This document shows, piece by piece, positions 61,571 to 64,000 of a DNA stretch of 64,000 bases. The stretch is from NCBI RefSeq assembly GCF_001194135.2, contig NC_068985.1, positions 73,618,026 through 73,682,025 on the forward strand, given 5' to 3'. A model generated the notes under the pieces. It did not search any database and was not told where the DNA came from. It worked only from the letters and a program-made list of their open reading frames with translations. Within the stretch, counting starts at the first letter, position 1; each line of letters starts with the position of its first letter. The DNA comes from Octopus bimaculoides (Eukaryota). The translations under genes were made by a program, and so were the position numbers.

Positions 61571-63299
61571 GAGGATTAAGTCAGCTTGTTACCTTACACA
61601 CACAATTACTTTTAGAAACATAAGCTATAGTTCATATATAATATTCATATTAAATAGACCTAATTTAGTCCAAGCAAATGCTTAATTTTGCACACATTGA
61701 GTTTTCTTTTGTTATGTAAAGGATATATTGTTTACTATGTCTGATTCACTAAAGATTTACCCTTGCAATTTCATTGATCTCAGTAACTAGAATGTCGGTT
61801 GTTAAATTAAAAGAAATATCCAATTATTTAATAAAACATCTAGCTTGCCATGCAACATTAAATGTAACTCCAAGTCATACTGAAATAATATTCATGAGAA
61901 GGTTTCATTTCAAACTCAGTATATAGATGCTGTGTTAATTGGTTTTGACCTCAAGGCAATTTAAAGAAAGAATTATCAGATTTATGATTGTATATTTCGC
62001 AATTGACTCTTAAATATAGATTCTTTTAAAATGTCATCCATATGAATTTTCTGAAAATTCACCCGCTAGGATTTACAAATGCATTGTCAGCTCTCTTAAG
62101 AGACATATCTAATCAAAATGAAACAGCTGTTAAAGAAATATATATATATTCATCCTTTAACTATCCAAACGTTTCAGTACACTTGGTCATTCATTGTATT
62201 TTTCTCCTTTTAAATTTCAAATTTTTAAACTCGTTTTCCCGAGAATGTTCGCACCTTGCATATTCTTTGCTTTTAACTCATCAATCATATTAGATTGCAA
62301 AGCAGAATTACGTTCTCTTCTTTAAATCACTGCCAATAAATCTTGCACCAATTAAAGTTGTTGAAGTTAGCGCAAGTTTACAATCAATGCATTGTCTTAA
62401 AAATATTTCCTTACTGAGGATTCACAAAAATACTTATCACTGACAATCAAGTTAAATTTGATTTACAATATTTTCTCATTTTCTTTATCTATCGTGGATT
62501 TCTTTTAAAATTTTGAAACGTTAAACATGTAAGTAACAGTCGAGTATTACTTTTTATGTTTATGCTTATTCTCATGCACTTTCTATATATCTAAATAAGT
62601 AACAAAATAGTCTATCTGCATTAAAAAAAATCTATTTTATTTTCTACTTAGCGTTAACTTTAATGAGTTTTCATCTAATGTTATAGCAAACCAAAGCTTT
62701 CTTTTTTTATTTTCAAGAGATTTTTGGTGTCTTGACATATAAATAGTTAAATTCATTAACCCTCATGCCGAAAAAAAAAACAGTTTAACATAATAATCTA
62801 TTAAAATAGAGACCCAATCTGAATTTATTGTCTTTGTATTCTTTCTCTTATGCTCATATTACATAATGTCGAAAAAATATGTTATCGACATATTTGCATA
62901 AAAAAAATGTATTTGTATAAAATGCGTTACGAACAAAGCATTCTAAAGGAAGAGTATATCAATTATTTTTAGAAACAAAAAATATTAGATAAGCTCCATT
63001 GCTATAAATAAAATAAAATTAGCTTAAAACTAATACTGTCAAGGTGTTAAGTGAAACAGAGTGCCTTCAAATGTGAACTTAGTTGAAAAGGCATAATTGA
63101 AAAATAACATAACATTGCAAAGGGCCAAATTTCTCAGTCGTACTGCTGAAGCATTATCATTGTTAACTTGTTAAAATGAAAATGTGTTGATGGTGTCACA
63201 TTTTAAATTAGATTTTGAAAATTTATGCATCACGTGTGACCCGTCTAGTCATCATGTAACCTATTCGCCTTCCATTCATCCATCTGCCTAAAATAATCT

Positions 63300-64000
63300 A
63301 GCCGAGTGAACAAGGAAATCCTAAAACTAATCGTCTTGTGACATTTCTCCCCTTCTTTTTCTCAACCAGTATATTAAAACTGAGGTCAGTCATTCATCCT
63401 GTCGGTGATTTCTCATCCAATTCTGTAATCTCATTCTAATACTACTAGTCTTAATATCCTCACTCTGCGAAGATTATCTAACTTTTCTGCACACTCCTTC
63501 TTTTTGCAAACTGATACTGTTCTAATTCAAATTTCTTTTTCTCACTTACACTTTCACTTCCTATTTGCCTACAAACCTCTCCCTTGTATCTGTTAAGCTT
63601 CCATTACTCCAAATGTTTCACGCATTCATAGACATTGGTTTTCTCTCAGAGAAAATGGTAGCAACTCATCCTGGAATCGGTTCCTTCTAAATGTTGATGC
63701 AATTTACAAACAAGTAACTCTGAATACTCTAAGACAAAAATTTCATCATAGTGTTCCTGCCGGAATAGACCCTAAAATACTACCAGCCTTAACAGAGCAA
63801 TTGACATTTGATGTCTTTGGTGAAGTCCACTTTATTGTAAGCGGTTGGGTCCTAATCTCTAGTTTATACAGAACAATATGAAAACGGGATGCTTTAATCG
63901 CTTCAGACAATAATGTGTAATCAGATTACACTGATTGCCCGGGAGTAACTTTGAAGGAAATCTTGCCACTGAAGTCGCTCAAGCAAACGCTTCAGTTGCT
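63300..64000 (-). mobile_element. Possible highly decayed L1/Tx1-like LINE RT region
   Basis: Weak motifs only (SIRMRLQNWMR...LTSVLIYWL); many stops. Confidence 0.25.

Overview
Eukaryotic, AT-rich, microsatellite-dense draft assembly with many N gaps, most of them flanked by (TA)n, (CA)n or (GA)n. From the SINE/LINE families and repeat density I infer an octopus (cephalopod) genome. I cannot support any intact host gene, tRNA, rRNA or CRISPR array; most listed ORFs are microsatellite or gap artefacts. The window is mostly decayed mobile DNA: seven R4/Dong-like RLE non-LTR fragments (two head-to-tail inside a (TAA)n array), a HERO/NeSL-like deletion derivative nested in a SINE, several Penelope-like element (PLE) fragments and pseudo-LTRs, a Gypsy pol relic and a Gypsy LTR+PBS+gag, an RTE fragment, a mariner derivative, a Helitron with both termini, a probable DIRS/Ngaro tyrosine-recombinase relic, MITEs and many tRNA-derived SINEs. 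The most interesting signals are minimal hammerhead-ribozyme motifs in three different PLE repeats, a SINE stack punctuated by four copies of one 13-bp target, and two coding-like relics (about 25.0-25.4 kb and 31.9-32.8 kb) that I cannot assign. All family assignments come from manual translation and motif recall; no database searches were run, and many boundaries are approximate.
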